A DNA stretch of 64,000 nt from Eledone cirrhosa (taxonomy: Eukaryota). Shown here piece after piece: positions 58,415-64,000 of this stretch; within the stretch, counting starts at the first letter, position 1; each line of letters begins with the position of its first letter. Both the position numbers and the translations under genes were made by a program. The DNA is taken from the NCBI GenBank assembly GCA_964016885.1, contig OZ024741.1, positions 136,214,001 through 136,278,000 on the forward strand, given 5' to 3'. The notes below the pieces were generated by a model that saw only the letters and a list, made by a program, of their open reading frames with translations, was not told the DNA's origin and did no database searches.

Positions 58415-58457
<43 letters not shown>

Positions 58458-58501
58458 AATTTGTATATATACAAATTTGTATATATACAAATTTATATAT
58501 A

Positions 58502-58539
<38 letters not shown>

Positions 58540-58592
58540 AATTTGTATATATACAAATTTATATATATATATACAAATTTGTATATATACAA

Positions 58593-58627
<35 letters not shown>

Positions 58628-58657
58628 CAAATTTATATATATACAAATTTATATATA

Positions 58658-58697
<40 letters not shown>

Positions 58698-58723
58698 AAT
58701 TTGTATATATACGATTATATATA

Positions 58724-58766
<43 letters not shown>

Positions 58767-58768
<2 letters not shown>

Positions 58769-58982
58769 GCGATTGACTTTCGTCAAATCGGACCGAGGAA
58801 GCAATGTTTCCGTTGGTCTTTGCAATTGCTAATACTATCTATCGGTCGCAACTCCAGGTAGAAGGAGCAACGTGAAATAAAGTGTCTTGATCAAGGACAT
58901 AACGTATCGCCTGGTCCAGGAATCGAACTCACAACTTCACGATTGCGAATCCAATTCTCTAACCACTCAGCCACACGCCTTC
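58767..58982 (-). mobile_element. SINE S2
   Basis: Minus strand ggcgtgtggctgagtggttag..gttcgattcc (A and B boxes); homologous to 27420-27640. Confidence 0.85.
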
Positions 58983-59079
58983 ATCATTTTTTTTCATTCT
59001 GATCATTGAAAGCAAAATTTATTTGCTTTTAAGAAACCACTGGTAAATGAAATAATTGCCTTATGTTGTTTATTACATA

Positions 59080-61803
<2,724 letters not shown>

Positions 61804-62169
61804 TATTAACCACGTTAAAGTTTAAAGGCATAAATCGTATAAAGTTTAAAAGCATCAATACTCTTTAAAAAAAATCAGCCTCATTACACTTTCAGTTAAA
61901 GATCATTATATAAATATATTATATTGTTAATGGAAATAAAGCAATGAGTTCTTTGTCTTTGGTGTGTGGGGGGGTTCTTTTAATTATATTTTTCAGAATC
62001 ACGTGTCAGATATACAATGATATAATTTTCATATATTTATTTGTTAGACTATTTATATTTATACATATAATTTTTTTTATGGCTAACTATTGAGTCTTCT
62101 TACTTTGGTGTTTCACCTCTTTCCTCACAGGTTTCTCCTATACTTACAGGCTAATTATATAAGATGACC

Positions 62170-62530
62170 CTGTGAATACACAGGGGAACTCCAGACTAAT
62201 AAGGCTCAACACTTGGGCAACAGCACATGGAAACGTATATATCATTGCATGGAGCTACACAAATGTGCTGCTTACAATCGCGGAACGGGAAGTTCGTGAT
62301 GCTGTTAGACCTTATGTCTTCCAATCTGTTCAGCCTCGCTGGCTCGGGGTGGGAAGAGAAGTTTGCGGCGTTCAAACTATGCTTTATGATCTCGTTGAGA
62401 GCAACATGGCGTGGAAGACGACTGGTGCTGTAACGATATGGTAGTGGGTGGAGGACGAAAGTGTCTAAAATGGATCCAGTGTATCATTTGTGTGGTTCGC
62501 AGAGCCGGGGATCGAGCCTCAAGGAAACGC
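62170..62530 (-). pseudogene. Second, older CRE-clade fragment
   Basis: Minus-strand translation LCEPHK*..LHPLPYRYSTSRLPRHVALNEIIKHSLNAANFSSHPEPARL..ITNFPF aligns with 23400-23640. Confidence 0.8.
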
Positions 62531-63414
62531 TGATACACAAACAGTTGCTTTCTAGCTGCGTGTCAGTTGATAGTGGGGTTACCACTTTGGTTTTGGGTGG
62601 TCGGGCGAAAACATACATAAATATACATTTATATGTGTGTGTGTTTATTATATTGCGTACAGCTAGCCCTATGTTTCACTCCCTACATCAACAGACTATT
62701 GTTCGAAAATCCCAATAATGTCGGCGCCTTGTGATATTATCACTCCTCCAGCCGGAGCGAACCATCATTGATGGTATCATACAATGCTGGGAAACTTTTA
62801 ATCTATAGTCCTATAACAGGGCACCACTGCATCAGTTTGTTGCAGCCTTACTTAAACTAACCATGCCGCAATCAATGTTTCTCCTACTCGCTTTGTACTT
62901 AATCTTTGATTCCAGTTTTGGAATTTGTTCCACATAAATCAGTGATTGTCATGCCACAGCCTTTTGGCTTCAGGCGTTATTTCTCCTTTCTGCATTTTTT
63001 TTATAACCCCTACTATAATGGACTCTGTTTCTCACAACTGACTGAGTCCCACCAAATCTCTACGAAACCAAATTCCACTCAGGTCAACTTTACGTTTCAA
63101 ACTTGTGAGGTTGATAAGTATAATACCAGCTCAGGATTGGGGTTGATTCCCCCTTCCCCCATCTCTCTCTCTTTTTCTATCTCACTTTCTATCTCACTCT
63201 ACCCCTACGCACATCTGCATCTTTGCTCCTTTTTCAATAGAGGAAATCGGCTGTGCTCAAAACATACTTTATATTACCTAGGCCTCCCCACGACTCAATC
63301 AGCCCCATCAATTCAATAATCAAAACATATTTTGATAAAGTTACATGTCATAAGGTCAGTGTATTGTTTCCACAATAATTCTCATATAGAGGGCGGTGAA
63401 TTATCACCATGTAG

Positions 63415-63560
63415 AAGGCGGTGAATTGGCAGAAAAATACAGCGTGGGGCAAAATGCTGTTTCATATTACTCTACACACTGAGTTCTAATTACGCCGACG
63501 TCAACTTTACCTTTTATATTCCCGGGGTCTATTAAATAAAATATGTCAGATATTGTCAAC
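63415..63560 (+). mobile_element. Old S1 SINE
   Basis: aggcggtgaattggcag..gagttctaatt.cgccgacgtcaacttt..ggggtc. Confidence 0.65.
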
Positions 63561-63754
63561 GATTTAACTGACTAATACCTCAATCCAAATTAATATGGAA
63601 ACTTCTAGGTGTCGACATTGTTACATTTACGCATCTCCTTCGTTACAAAAGCTTGCCTGTTAGATACCCATTCCCCCTTAATCCGCCCCAGTCTAGACTG
63701 TGAGTTCTGCATTGTATTTATCACTTGTTTATTTCAACGGTCTTCTCTACTGCA

Positions 63755-63755
63755 T

Positions 63756-63826
<71 letters not shown>

Positions 63827-64000
63827 TGTAGTTCCTGTCTTTTTGTTTGTTTGTTTGTTTGTTCATGAACTCTTCCTACGGTTTTGGAGATAGACCCCCA
63901 TAACCATATATATTCTGAAACTACATTGCCCAGGGAACTTGGATAAGTATATTTCATTTTAAACAAAGGGTTCCCCGCTGAAAACCCCCGATGAAAATTT
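63755..64000 (+). mobile_element. Possible 5' part of another non-autonomous Helitron
   Basis: A|TC-a(TA)n-aaagttgtagtt..(gttt)n resembles the 5' end of 11156-11995; the 3' end is not within the window. Confidence 0.4.

Overview
AT-rich, repeat-saturated animal DNA. The SINE repertoire and very large (TA)n/(TG)n/(CT)n load suggest an octopus/cephalopod intron or intergenic region (inference, no search run). I recognise no intact host protein-coding gene; almost all listed ORFs are translations of microsatellites. Supported content: two truncated Penelope-like elements (PLEs) with C-terminal GIY-YIG endonucleases in a composite locus at about 18.8-23.1 kb; LINE fragments (CR1/L2-like, two RTE, two CRE); one complete non-autonomous Helitron; and many tRNA-derived SINEs, mostly on the minus strand. 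The most striking signal is at least six families of 50-550 bp elements embedded in (TA)n. Many are fold-back palindromes (one is a 442-bp spacer-less palindrome), and many carry minimal type I hammerhead ribozyme motifs. Their inverted arms stop at a family-fixed point just before a shared ACTC...GAGT motif. They look like extreme-truncation products of TA-targeting PLEs and sit among locus-specific variant TA arrays. Coordinates were counted by eye and may be off by a few bases.
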